Translations under genes and position numbers: made by a program
The notes under the pieces: model-generated
The model's database searches: none
Seen by the model: the letters and a program-made list of their open reading frames with translations, nothing else
Told to the model about the DNA's origin: nothing
Assembly: GCA_031367385.1 (NCBI GenBank)
Contig: JANLPS010000282.1
Span: 1 to 25,097 of the forward strand
Origin: Archangium sp.
Lineage (GTDB): Bacteria > Myxococcota > Myxococcia > Myxococcales > Myxococcaceae
Length of the DNA stretch: 25,097 nt
Direction: 5' to 3'
Shown: in pieces, positions 10,295 to 19,135 of the stretch
Position numbering within the stretch: the stretch's first letter is position 1
Layout of the letters: each line of letters starts with the position of its first letter

Positions 10295-10423
10295 CCCGAC
10301 GCGAAAGAATGTGAAGCTGTCGGTGCTGCTGCGGCAACTGATGGGTGAAGCGCCGAAACTCCACGGTCGTTAGTGGGTTTCGCGCTAAACAATGGCCGAG
10401 GGCCGCACCCAGGAGTTGTCGCA

Positions 10424-10765
10424 ATGTCGGACATCGAACATCAAGAGCTGCCTCGCGCCCCCCTGACCGGCTCGGTTCGCTATTGGGAGTGGAATCAGCC
10501 CCGCACTGCCGAAGGCGTTGAAATATCGGGCAATGGCGTCTTCCTCCGCACTTCGCACGTGCTGGCCGAGGGCGCGCACCTGACGCTCCGCCTCGAGCTG
10601 CCCGCGGTGCCCGGCATGACCGTGCTGGGCAAAGTGGTGCGAACCGTTCGCGGCGGCGTTCTCTCTGCGCCGGGCATGGGCATTCGGTTTCTCGACCTCA
10701 CACCTGAGCAACACCAGCGCATCGTCTCGTTCGTCGAGGCACGCGCAGCGCTGGCCAAGGCCTGA
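10424..10765 (+). CDS. Stand-alone PilZ-domain protein (myxobacterial TIGR02266-like)
   Basis: AGGAG RBS at 10411-10415 before ATG 10424; PRAPL...EISGNGVFL...L.LELP...GKVVR...GMGIRFLDL...I..FV is the PilZ barrel pattern. Confidence 0.88.
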   Translation: MSDIEHQELPRAPLTGSVRYWEWNQPRTAEGVEISGNGVFLRTSHVLAEGAHLTLRLELPAVPGMTVLGKVVRTVRGGVLSAPGMGIRFLDLTPEQHQRIVSFVEARAALAKA

Positions 10766-10838
10766 GCCCCGCCTTTGGCCCTGGCTGAAAACAACCACGC
10801 GCGTTGACCCGATGCAGGCTGTCTGAGAAGACGGCCCC

Positions 10839-12242
10839 ATGAATCAGCCACTTGCGGCCGTGGTGCTGTGCGCTGGCAAAGGCACTCGCATGAAGTCAGA
10901 TCAGGCGAAGGTGCTGCACCCGATTCTGGGTCGGCCGATGGCCTGGTACCCGATTTCGCGCGCCATCGAGCTCGGCGCGCAGAACGTGGTGGCGGTGGTG
11001 GGCCATCAAGCCGACGCGGTGCAGAAACAGCTGTCGTCGATGTTCACGGCGGCGCCCATCTCGTACGCGATGCAGACGCAGCAACGGGGCACCGGTGATG
11101 CGGTGGCCGCGGCTCGCTCGGCGCTCACCGGGTTCTCGGGAGCCGTGCTCATTCTCTACGGCGACGTGCCGTTGATTCAGACCGCGACGCTCAAGCGCCT
11201 GGTCGACGCGTTCAAGGCCTCGAAGGGGCTGCTGGCGATGATGAGCTGCCGGCCGGCTGACCCCACCGGGTACGGGCGGGTGCTCCGCTCGGCCAACAAC
11301 CAGGTCGAGCGAATCGTCGAGCAGAAAGACGCGACCGAGGCGCAGCTGAAGATCGCCGAGGTCAACGCGGGGCTCTACCTGGCAGACGCCAAGTTCTTGT
11401 GGGGCGCGCTCGAGAAGCTCACGCCGCAGAACGCGCAGGGCGAATTGTATCTGACCGACATCGTGGCCCAGGCCGCCCAGCTGGGTGACGTGGCGGTGGT
11501 CGAGGCCGATGCCGTCGAGCTCGCCGGGGTCAATGACCGCGCGCAGCTCGCCGAGCTCTCCGATGTGATGCGGGCGCGCATCAACCTGCGGCACATGCAC
11601 GCGGGCGTGACCTTCTTGCACCCTGCTTCGGCCTTCATCGACGAAGGCGTCGAGATCGGCCCCGACACCACCATCGGCCCCAACGTGACGCTGAGCGGAG
11701 AATGCGAGATCGGCGCGCGTGTCACGATTGGGCAGGGCTCGGTGCTGACCCACTCCACCGTGGGCGACGAGTCAGAGGTGAAGCCGTATTCGGTGCTCGA
11801 CGACTCGGTGGTCGGCCCGCGCTGCCACGTCGGCCCCTTCGCGCGCCTGCGCCCTGGCACCGTGCTCGACGAGAACGTGCACGTCGGCAACTTCGTCGAG
11901 ACCAAGAAGGCGCGCTTGAAGAAGGGCACCAAGGCCGGGCACTTGAGCTACCTGGGCGACGCGGAGATTGGCGAGAACACCAACATCGGCGCCGGCACCA
12001 TCACCTGCAACTACGACGGCGTGAATAAGCACCAGACCACCATCGGCCGTGACGTGTTCATCGGCAGCGACACCCAACTGGTCGCGCCGGTCACCATCGG
12101 CAACGGGGCCTTCGTGGCCGCGGGCAGCACCATCACCGACAATGTGCCCGAGAACGCGCTGGCGCTCTCGAGAACTCCCCAGACGCTCAAAGAGAACTGG
12201 GTCGAGCGCCGCCGCAAGGTGCTCGCGGCGATGAAGCGTTAA
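10839..12242 (+). CDS. glmU: Bifunctional UDP-N-acetylglucosamine pyrophosphorylase / glucosamine-1-phosphate N-acetyltransferase
   Basis: [83 protein letters not shown]; hexapeptide repeats. Confidence 0.99.
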   Translation: MNQPLAAVVLCAGKGTRMKSDQAKVLHPILGRPMAWYPISRAIELGAQNVVAVVGHQADAVQKQLSSMFTAAPISYAMQTQQRGTGDAVAAARSALTGFSGAVLILYGDVPLIQTATLKRLVDAFKASKGLLAMMSCRPADPTGYGRVLRSANNQVERIVEQKDATEAQLKIAEVNAGLYLADAKFLWGALEKLTPQNAQGELYLTDIVAQAAQLGDVAVVEADAVELAGVNDRAQLAELSDVMRARINLRHMHAGVTFLHPASAFIDEGVEIGPDTTIGPNVTLSGECEIGARVTIGQGSVLTHSTVGDESEVKPYSVLDDSVVGPRCHVGPFARLRPGTVLDENVHVGNFVETKKARLKKGTKAGHLSYLGDAEIGENTNIGAGTITCNYDGVNKHQTTIGRDVFIGSDTQLVAPVTIGNGAFVAAGSTITDNVPENALALSRTPQTLKENWVERRRKVLAAMKR

Positions 12243-12277
12243 GCTCACTCTGAGCGTTCTAAAAATCAGGAGTCCCC

Positions 12278-14113
12278 ATGTGTGGAATCGTCGGCTACGT
12301 CGGTGAGAAGCAAGCAGCGCCCATTCTGGTCGCGGGCCTCAAGAGGCTCGAGTACCGCGGGTACGACTCGGCGGGCGTGGCGGTGCTCGATGGCACCCAC
12401 CTCACCGTGCTCCGCGCGACGGGCAAGCTGAAGAACCTCGAGGGCAAGGTCGCCAACGAGATGCCCAAGGGCGTCATCGGCATCGGCCACACGCGGTGGG
12501 CCACCCATGGCCGGCCGTCAGACGAGAACGCGCACCCGCACACCTTCGAAGGCGTGTCGGTGGTGCACAACGGCATCATCGAGAATCACCTGGCGCTGAA
12601 GACCCAGCTGCGTGCGCAGGGGCATGTGTTTGCCTCCGAGACCGACTCCGAGGTGTTCGCGCATTTGATTCACCAGGGGCTCAAGGGCGGCGGTGACCTG
12701 GTGGCGGCGGTGCGCGGCGCGATTGCCCAGGTTCGCGGCACTTACGCGCTGGTGGTCATCTCGCAAGACGACCCATCTCGCATCGTGGCGACCCGAGAGT
12801 CGCAGCCGATGGTGTTGGGGCTCTCGCAGGGGCAGCAGTTCGTCGCCTCCGACGTGCCGGCACTGCTCGAGCACACCCGCGACGTCATCTTCATGGAAGA
12901 CGGAGACCTGGCGGTGCTGATGACCGACCGCATCGACCTGTTCAGCAAAGACGGCAAACCGGTGAAGCGCCCGACCAAGCGCATCGACTGGACGCCCGGC
13001 ATGGCCGAGAAGAACGGCCACAAGCACTTCATGCACAAGGAGATCTGCGAGCAGCCCCGCGCGGTCGCCGACACCTTGCGCGGCCGAGCGCTTCGCAGCG
13101 AAGGCAACGTGCACTTCGACGGGTGGACGCTCAGCGAAGAGCAGGTCAAGTCGCTCGACCGCGTCTGGGTGCTCGCGTGCGGCACCTCGTACCACTCGGG
13201 CTTGGCCGGCAAGTGGATGATCGAGACGATCGCCCGCATACCCGTCGAGGTCGAGCTGGCGAGCGAGTTTCGGTACCGCGACCCGCTGGTCGGGCCGAAT
13301 CAAATGGCGGTGGCGATCAGCCAGTCGGGTGAGACGCTCGACACGTTGGCGGCGATGCGCGAGGCCAAGAAGCGCGGCGCGACCACGATGACCCTGTGCA
13401 ACGTGGTCGGCTCGGCGATGACTCGCGAGGCCGACTTCACCGTGCTCACCAACGCCGGCCCCGAAATCGGAGTCGCCTCGACCAAGGCCTTCACCACGCA
13501 GCTGGTTGGCCTCTACCTGTTGGCAGTGAAGCTCGGGCGGCTGCGTGGCACCCTGAGCCTGGCGGCCGCCCAGATGCACTTGGAGCACTTGAGCCAGGTG
13601 CCCGCGCTGGTCGAGCACGTGCTCAAGACCGAGAACGCGGTGAAAGAAATCGCCCGGCACTTCATGAACTCGCAAGACTTCTTGTTCTTGGGTCGCGGGC
13701 CGATGCAGTCGGTCGCGCTCGAGGGCGCACTGAAGCTCAAAGAGATCTCGTACATTCACGCCGAGGGGTACGCCGGCGGCGAGATGAAGCATGGGCCGAT
13801 CGCGCTCATCGACGAGAAGTTGCCGGTGGTGGTGGTGGCGCCCAGAGAGCCGGCGGTGCACTACGAGAAGATCATCGGCAACATCGAAGAGGTGCGCGCG
13901 CGCGGCGGGCAGGTCATCGCCGTGGTCGAAGAAGGTGACGAGCACGCCAAGTCGCTGGCGAACTTCGTGATCGAGATCCCTCCGTCGAGCGCGTTGATCG
14001 CGCCGATCATCGCCACCATTCCCCTCCAGATGCTCGCGTACCATGTGGCCGAGCTGCGCGGCACCGACGTCGACCAGCCGCGCAATTTGGCCAAGAGCGT
14101 CACCGTCGAGTAG
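12278..14113 (+). CDS. glmS: Glutamine--fructose-6-phosphate aminotransferase (isomerizing)
   Basis: MCGIVG start, LEYRGYDSAG, GHTRWATHG, HNGIIEN, SQSGET, GVASTKAF, LKLKEISYIHAEG, C-terminal PRNLAKSVTVE; AGGAG RBS at 12268. Confidence 0.99.
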   Translation: MCGIVGYVGEKQAAPILVAGLKRLEYRGYDSAGVAVLDGTHLTVLRATGKLKNLEGKVANEMPKGVIGIGHTRWATHGRPSDENAHPHTFEGVSVVHNGIIENHLALKTQLRAQGHVFASETDSEVFAHLIHQGLKGGGDLVAAVRGAIAQVRGTYALVVISQDDPSRIVATRESQPMVLGLSQGQQFVASDVPALLEHTRDVIFMEDGDLAVLMTDRIDLFSKDGKPVKRPTKRIDWTPGMAEKNGHKHFMHKEICEQPRAVADTLRGRALRSEGNVHFDGWTLSEEQVKSLDRVWVLACGTSYHSGLAGKWMIETIARIPVEVELASEFRYRDPLVGPNQMAVAISQSGETLDTLAAMREAKKRGATTMTLCNVVGSAMTREADFTVLTNAGPEIGVASTKAFTTQLVGLYLLAVKLGRLRGTLSLAAAQMHLEHLSQVPALVEHVLKTENAVKEIARHFMNSQDFLFLGRGPMQSVALEGALKLKEISYIHAEGYAGGEMKHGPIALIDEKLPVVVVAPREPAVHYEKIIGNIEEVRARGGQVIAVVEEGDEHAKSLANFVIEIPPSSALIAPIIATIPLQMLAYHVAELRGTDVDQPRNLAKSVTVE

Positions 14114-14140
14114 TCCCCGTTCGTCCTGAGGGACTCGAAG
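14078..14140 (+). other. attTn7-equivalent site (3' end of glmS and downstream insertion point), apparently unoccupied by Tn7
   Basis: TnsD recognises the glmS 3' codons (PRNLAKSVTVE, 14078-14113). No Tn7 end or tns genes are visible downstream. Confidence 0.6.
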
Positions 14141-14209
14141 GACCCGGCCTTCCCAAAGTCGCGCTTCAGTGACCCTTTCATCCTTCGACTTCGCTCAGGA
14201 TGACCGGGG
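14115..14209. repeat. REP-like imperfect inverted repeat between convergent genes (possible terminator)
   Basis: Left arm CCCCGTTCGTCCTGAGGGACTCGAAGGA (14115-14142) pairs with right arm TCCTTCGACTTCGCTCAGGATGACCGGGG (14181-14209). Confidence 0.78.
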
Positions 14210-14226
14210 CTCCCCTCGTCGGCGCG

Positions 14227-16788
14227 TCACGGCTGGTACGAGTGAACGATCACTTCGATCGCATCGACCTCGAGCACCGCCTGCGTCCCCCCGTTGCGCG
14301 CGAGCGGAGTGACCACGAAGGTCCACGTTTGGCGGTAGCGAAGCAGCCTTGCCAGCGCTTCGCCCTCGACGGTGGCGTGCAAGACGCCCCCATCGTCGGT
14401 GGTCGAAGGCAACGTCTCGTAGAACGGCCCCAACCAGGCCCCAAGCTCGACGCCCGCGCTGTCGCCGGTGTTGGTTCGCCGGTGGGCGACTGCACGCGCG
14501 ACCAGCTCGATGCTGCTGGGGCTCGCACCCAGCGCCGGCAGCCCGTCGGCCACCACGTCGAGCACCAGGGCTGGCCGCTGGCTGGCGTAGTGATACCTGC
14601 GGCCTGAACCCACAGACACCAGCGCATCGTACCGGCGGCTGTGCTGAACATGGGGCACGGCAAGCTGCTGAGAAACCTGCTGGCTCACCCCGACCCGAAC
14701 CCAGCCTCCATCAGGGTCGACGTCTTCAGGGCCCTGCCGCCGGTAGAGGTCGAAGGCCTCGTTGACCACCCAGAGGTGCTGGTGGCTCCAGTCCCAGGTG
14801 GCGTTGAGCAGCTGATTGGTCGGGCCTGGCAGCCCAGTGACTCCGGCATCTGGGAGCAGGGTCACCAGGGCTCCGCGGGTGGTCAGCGTCGGGCCGAGCG
14901 GGGTCGTGAAGCAGAAGTTGTTGAAGTCGGCCGGCCCCTCGGTGAACTCCGGGCCCAGCGAGACGCCACTGGGCAGCGACCAGACCGGTAAGCCCGCCGG
15001 GCCACCCGAGGCCACCAGGTACAACGGCGTTTGGCGAGCCTCGTACCAGCCCACGGCTGAAAAGAAGTCTGGCGCCGGCCAGCTGCTCACTCCGTCGGTC
15101 GCCACTCGCGCCGAGACTGAGATCAGCCCACCATCTGTCTTCAGCGCGCCGTTCGAGCTCGCAGGCTCGATGCCAATGGTCGCGCCGTAGGAGTAGCGAA
15201 GCACCGAGTCGACGCCGGTGACGAAGGTGTCGCTGAACGGCTCGTGCCAGACCAGGCCAGCGTCTCGCTCAATGCGGCGCGACGTATCGCTCGCGAGGTC
15301 GAAGTCGAACCATGACTGCGTGGCGATGAACGACATGTTGTCGTCGAACAGCACTTCGCACTCGATGCCGAGGTGACCGAGCGCGATCTGGCGCAGGCCA
15401 AGGCTCTCGAGAATGCCTCGGTCGGCACAGTCGACGCTGCCCAGCACCGGCAGCCCCCCATCTGCGAGCCACTCGCCGATGGCGATGGTGATGCCGCCGT
15501 CGCGCGTCGAGGGCGAGGCGTAAAAGGTGCGCCGCCGCCGCAGATCTTGGGTCAGCGCGGTCTGGTATCGGAGCTGCGGCTCGAGCACGCAGCCCAGCTC
15601 CCGCGAACAGGTCGACCACTGCGCGGTGTTGGCGTCGCGGCGAAGGCTGCGAGCCGACCACCACTCATCAACGCCGGTGAAGTTCTCGTCGGCCCAGGCG
15701 TCATGCGCGGTCGGCGGCTGGCGCCCAGCGAAGGGGTCGACGGTGAGGTTTTCTTGATCTCCCAGCCGGCTCAGATCAGCCGCGTAGATCGAGGGAAAAT
15801 CGGTCGTCAACAGGCTCTCACCGCCGATGACCAACGGGGTGCGGTCGAGCGACCAGGCGGGCTCGAGCCCTGCGTCGAGGCTCGGCGCGGCCAACGGGCC
15901 ATCGGGCAGCGCTCCCAGCGGGCGCAGGTGGTGGGGGCTGGCATTGATTCGCGTGTGGCGGGGCGAGGCCACCACGTCGAGCCAGTGCACTGGCACCTGC
16001 ATCGAGGGGTTTCCCGCTCCGTCGAACGCCTCAAGGCTCGCGCCGATGACGTCGGGGTTGAAGGCAACCGCAGTGGCTGGCAACGCGGTGCACTGCACGA
16101 ACTGGCTCGAGGCACTGCCACCCGCCGGGGTGCTCGGCACCGCCCTCAGCACCCGCTGGCCCGCTTGGCATGCGCCCAGCGAGAGCTCCGCGACCGAGTC
16201 GGGGCGGCTGATGTCGCCCCACGGCCGAATTTGGAGCACCGCCTGGTCGGCGGTCGAGGTCAGCGGCGGAGGAGGTGCGTCGGCATCGACCTCGAAGCGC
16301 GCGAGCTCGAGCGTGGCCGAGAGTTGGGCCAGGTCAGAGAGGGCGACCCGTACTGAGGCGGTGCCGGTGCCGGTGGCCGAGAGCGGCACGGTGCACGCCA
16401 GCGTGAACACCGGCGCCTCGGCGGTCGAGAGCACGCAGGTGAGCGCGACCACCGACTCGACCGTGACCTCAGGCAGGGTCGAGAGCGGCTCGCTGGCGAC
16501 GAAGCGAATCAAGGCCTGCACACGTGGCCCGGCGGCCGTGGGCGGCAAGTCAGGTTGATAGGTGGCCAGCGGCGTCAGGGCCAGCGTCGGAGCGACCGCC
16601 AAGCCCGGAGGCGTTTGATCGAAGAGCGTGCGCTCGACGCAGATGCCGGCCGGCAGCTGGCAGGCCAGGCCCGAGAGGCAATCGGCCGAGCTGGTGCAGG
16701 TGACCGACGCATCGGCCGCGATCGACGCATCGAAGCGGCAGCCACCGAAAAGCACGAGCAGGAGAATCGCGGTTCGTGGTGAGCTCAA
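14227..16788 (-). CDS. Large hypothetical lipoprotein (853 aa): N-terminal Cys module, Ig-like segments, possible degenerate beta-propeller
   Basis: TTG start, MSSPRTAILLLVLFGGC lipoprotein signal, CTSSADC...C...C module, DQTPP/ASEPL/DGAGN segments typical of bacterial Ig-like repeats; long ORF that fills the interval. Confidence 0.75.
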   Translation of the reverse strand: MSSPRTAILLLVLFGGCRFDASIAADASVTCTSSADCLSGLACQLPAGICVERTLFDQTPPGLAVAPTLALTPLATYQPDLPPTAAGPRVQALIRFVASEPLSTLPEVTVESVVALTCVLSTAEAPVFTLACTVPLSATGTGTASVRVALSDLAQLSATLELARFEVDADAPPPPLTSTADQAVLQIRPWGDISRPDSVAELSLGACQAGQRVLRAVPSTPAGGSASSQFVQCTALPATAVAFNPDVIGASLEAFDGAGNPSMQVPVHWLDVVASPRHTRINASPHHLRPLGALPDGPLAAPSLDAGLEPAWSLDRTPLVIGGESLLTTDFPSIYAADLSRLGDQENLTVDPFAGRQPPTAHDAWADENFTGVDEWWSARSLRRDANTAQWSTCSRELGCVLEPQLRYQTALTQDLRRRRTFYASPSTRDGGITIAIGEWLADGGLPVLGSVDCADRGILESLGLRQIALGHLGIECEVLFDDNMSFIATQSWFDFDLASDTSRRIERDAGLVWHEPFSDTFVTGVDSVLRYSYGATIGIEPASSNGALKTDGGLISVSARVATDGVSSWPAPDFFSAVGWYEARQTPLYLVASGGPAGLPVWSLPSGVSLGPEFTEGPADFNNFCFTTPLGPTLTTRGALVTLLPDAGVTGLPGPTNQLLNATWDWSHQHLWVVNEAFDLYRRQGPEDVDPDGGWVRVGVSQQVSQQLAVPHVQHSRRYDALVSVGSGRRYHYASQRPALVLDVVADGLPALGASPSSIELVARAVAHRRTNTGDSAGVELGAWLGPFYETLPSTTDDGGVLHATVEGEALARLLRYRQTWTFVVTPLARNGGTQAVLEVDAIEVIVHSYQP

Positions 16789-16809
16789 CCGAAAGATCCT
16801 CTCGTCACA

Positions 16810-16927
16810 GCCCGCGTGCGGTGCCGCCCGCGTGCGGTGCCGGACTTTACCCTTGTGTCGTCACCGCACCGGCGCGCCCGGGAAATCGGAGGGTTGACCC
16901 AACGGTGAGCGCGGTGCCGGACTTTAC
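16810..16927 (+). repeat. 16-bp tandem duplication plus 17-bp direct repeat in a divergent intergenic region
   Basis: GCCCGCGTGCGGTGCC at 16810-16825 and 16826-16841; GCGGTGCCGGACTTTAC at 16834-16850 and 16911-16927. Confidence 0.9.
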
Positions 16928-16950
16928 ACCTCAAGCGCACCATCACCCCG

Positions 16951-17140
16951 AAACACGTGCTTTGGCGGCCAACCACCCCTTGCGCGACCTCGAAACACCG
17001 ACTTTCACCCTCCCGCACCCGCTGCACGACGCTCAAACACGTGGTTTCGCCCCGCACCACCCTGTGCGCGACCCTCAAACACCTGCTTTGGCCCCGCACC
17101 ACCCTGTGCACGACCCTCAAACACGTCGTTTCGCCACGCA
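16951..17140 (+). repeat. Degenerate 42-bp tandem array (4 full units plus 1 partial)
   Basis: AAACAC-N4-TTT at 16951, 16993, 17035, 17077 and 17119; approximate consensus AAACACNNNNTTTSGCCCCGCACCACCCTGTGCRCGACCCTC. Confidence 0.92.
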
Positions 17141-17230
17141 ACACAGCGAAATTAGGTGTCAGAAAATGCGCGTGAATACCGCACATCGACCTCCGTCTGA
17201 GCCCGGCAGCAGTTCAACCCAGGAGGACAC

Positions 17231-17893
17231 ATGAGCAGCAAATACGCCGTGGCGTTGTTGGTTGTGGGCCAGTTGATCGTTCGCGCGTTGCGCGCCATCA
17301 CATCGAAGTTCTCGAAAGACGAGCGCCTTCGGTTCGTCGCCGTGCAAGCGGCGTTCGAGTCAATCGCGGAGCGAGTCAAAGTCGCCGAGCAGGCGCTTCG
17401 AGAAGCGAGCGCCAGAGCCGCTCTCGCCGACGAAGCGCAAGACAATGCGACCCGCACGCTCGCCGAAGCGCTCGCCGCCGAGGGGTTCGACCGCTTCAAC
17501 CCGTTCAAGGTCTTCGGCCTGCCCTCGCCCACCGCCATCTCTCGCCAAGACGAGCTCGGCCAGGCCACCACCTTGAAGCTGCTCGCGAAGAAGGTCTTGG
17601 AGCACCCCGATGCGAAGGTTCGCTCTCGAAAGGCCGCGGTCGCTGCGCAGAAGACCGCCGACGCGATGGTCGAAGCCGTCGCCGCTCACGCCGCCGCGTC
17701 GTCAGAGCACGCTGCCCTGATGGCCGAGCGCAACCACAGCTTGCCCGAAGAGTGGCGCTCGGCGCTCGCTGAGCTCAAGGCCGCGATTCGCTACGGCGAC
17801 ATGAAGGAGAAGACCAAGAATTATGACGCGGTCTTCGGTGGGTTGCCCAAGGCGCGCAAGGGCAAGAAGCCCGTGGTCGCGCCTCCGCAATAG
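17231..17893 (+). CDS. Hypothetical alpha-helical (coiled-coil-like) protein with Lys/Arg-rich C-terminal tail
   Basis: AGGAGG RBS at 17221-17226; Ala/Glu/Lys-rich helical composition; central NPFKVFGLPSP turn; tail LPKARKGKKP; no lipobox. Confidence 0.82.
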   Translation: MSSKYAVALLVVGQLIVRALRAITSKFSKDERLRFVAVQAAFESIAERVKVAEQALREASARAALADEAQDNATRTLAEALAAEGFDRFNPFKVFGLPSPTAISRQDELGQATTLKLLAKKVLEHPDAKVRSRKAAVAAQKTADAMVEAVAAHAAASSEHAALMAERNHSLPEEWRSALAELKAAIRYGDMKEKTKNYDAVFGGLPKARKGKKPVVAPPQ

Positions 17894-17925
17894 TGTGCTC
17901 AGAAACTTCGAGGCCGTCGTGCTGT

Positions 17926-17960
17926 TGAGGTGGCGGTGAACATTTCTCACCGCCACCTCA
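17926..17960. promoter_or_regulatory. Perfect 14-bp stem hairpin covering the translation-initiation region of the esterase gene
   Basis: TGAGGTGGCGGTGA (17926-17939), 7-nt loop, TCACCGCCACCTCA (17947-17960); no U-tract follows. Confidence 0.65.
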
Positions 17961-19060
17961 TGCTCGTTCTGACCCTCTGCGCCGCCTGCGGAGCCACTCC
18001 AAGCACCAGCAACGACTCAGGGTTGGTCGCCGAAGACCCCGACGCGGGCAGCGTGGTCGACGCTGGGGTGCACGTCGGTGACGCGGGCGTGCTGGCTGGC
18101 AACGCCATCTCCGCCCCCGCCGACACGTGGACGTGGGTCGATTTCCCCGAGTCGAAGTGTGCCTCAGGCTCGGCGACCGGCATCGGCATCAACCCGCATG
18201 CAGGCTCGACCAGGCTGCTCATCTACTTCGAGGGCGGCGGGGCGTGCTTCAACGCTGCCAGCTGCTGGGGCCCGATGCCGCAAGCCGCCAACGTCGCCGG
18301 CTTCGACGCCTCTGACTTCGCCGCCGCCCGACAACTGGGCTACCCCATCTTCTCTCGCACCAGCGCGGGCAACCCGTTCAAAGACATGAGCTTCGTGTTC
18401 GTGCCGTACTGCACCGGAGACATGCACGCGGGCCGGGTGGAGACCGACCTGATGGTGAACGGCGCGGTGAAGCCCACGTATTTCTGGGGAAGCAAAGACC
18501 TCGAGCTGTTCTTGGCCCGCCTGGTGCCCACCTTCTCGAACACCGATCACGTGTGGGCCATCGGCAGCAGCGCGGGCGGCTTCGCGACGGTGCTCGACTA
18601 CGACCAGGTCACGCGAGCGTTCAGCGGCGTGCGGGTCGACATCATCGATGACTCGGGCCCGTCGATCGTCTCGAAGGGCCAGACCGACAACGCCGGGCTG
18701 TTCAAGCTGTGGGGCGTCTCGCCACCCGTGGCGTGCCCTTCGTGTAAGAGCCACGCCGACGTGCTCGCCGCGAATCGCAAGAGCCAGCCGGGCAGCAAGT
18801 TTGCGTTGATGTCGTTCGCCGACGACCCGGTGATCTCGAAAGACTTCGGGTACACGGTGGCCGAGTACCCCGCGGTGCTGCAGAAGTTCGAGGCGGAGCA
18901 CCTGGCAGGTGACGCGAACGCGGCGACGTTCATCGTGACGAACAAGCAGCAGCATGTGGTGCAGACCGACCTGGCGAGCGCGCCGGCGTATCTGCCGTGG
19001 CTCACCCTGATGGTGAATGACGACCCGGCGTGGGCTTCGAAGTCATACGCGCACCCGTGA
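17930..19060 (+). CDS. Pectin acetylesterase-family (alpha/beta hydrolase) lipoprotein
   Basis: CASGS.TG, IYFEGGGACF...C, NPF...FVFVPYCTGDMHAG, nucleophile GSSAGG, IDDSGP; lipoprotein signal ending AAC. Start could be GTG 17930, GTG 17936 or ATG 17960. Confidence 0.87.
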   Translation: MAVNISHRHLMLVLTLCAACGATPSTSNDSGLVAEDPDAGSVVDAGVHVGDAGVLAGNAISAPADTWTWVDFPESKCASGSATGIGINPHAGSTRLLIYFEGGGACFNAASCWGPMPQAANVAGFDASDFAAARQLGYPIFSRTSAGNPFKDMSFVFVPYCTGDMHAGRVETDLMVNGAVKPTYFWGSKDLELFLARLVPTFSNTDHVWAIGSSAGGFATVLDYDQVTRAFSGVRVDIIDDSGPSIVSKGQTDNAGLFKLWGVSPPVACPSCKSHADVLAANRKSQPGSKFALMSFADDPVISKDFGYTVAEYPAVLQKFEAEHLAGDANAATFIVTNKQQHVVQTDLASAPAYLPWLTLMVNDDPAWASKSYAHP

Positions 19061-19135
19061 GGCATCCTTGGCGGCCGAGCTCCCATGCCACGCCGGTGAC
19101 TCCGCCGCTGCCAGGCACCGAGGGGCTCCGCCCGT

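Noticed and set aside
12243..12277. glmS ribozyme or other leader RNA
   Set aside because: The intergenic gap is only 35 bp and holds a 5-bp hairpin (GCTCA-CTC-TGAGC) and an RBS; far too short.
12518..14044. Long antisense and alternate-frame ORFs (e.g. 508 aa opposite glmS, 460 aa at 5226, 346 aa at 3958, poly-Pro ORFs opposite Gly tracts)
   Set aside because: Shadow ORFs expected in high-GC DNA; they overlap well-supported genes and have no recognisable motifs.
14114..16788. Tn7-like transposon or CAST at glmS
   Set aside because: No TGT-initiated end with repeated TnsB sites and no tnsABCD/tniQ genes in the window.
16951..17140. 42-bp array as a CRISPR array
   Set aside because: Units are similar along their whole length with no unique spacers, and no cas genes are present.
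16785..17186. 133-aa minus-strand ORF with 14-aa Arg/Val/Cys repeats abutting the large lipoprotein gene
   Set aside because: Its periodicity simply follows the DNA repeat; no clear RBS or synonymous substitution bias, so it is not called as a CDS.
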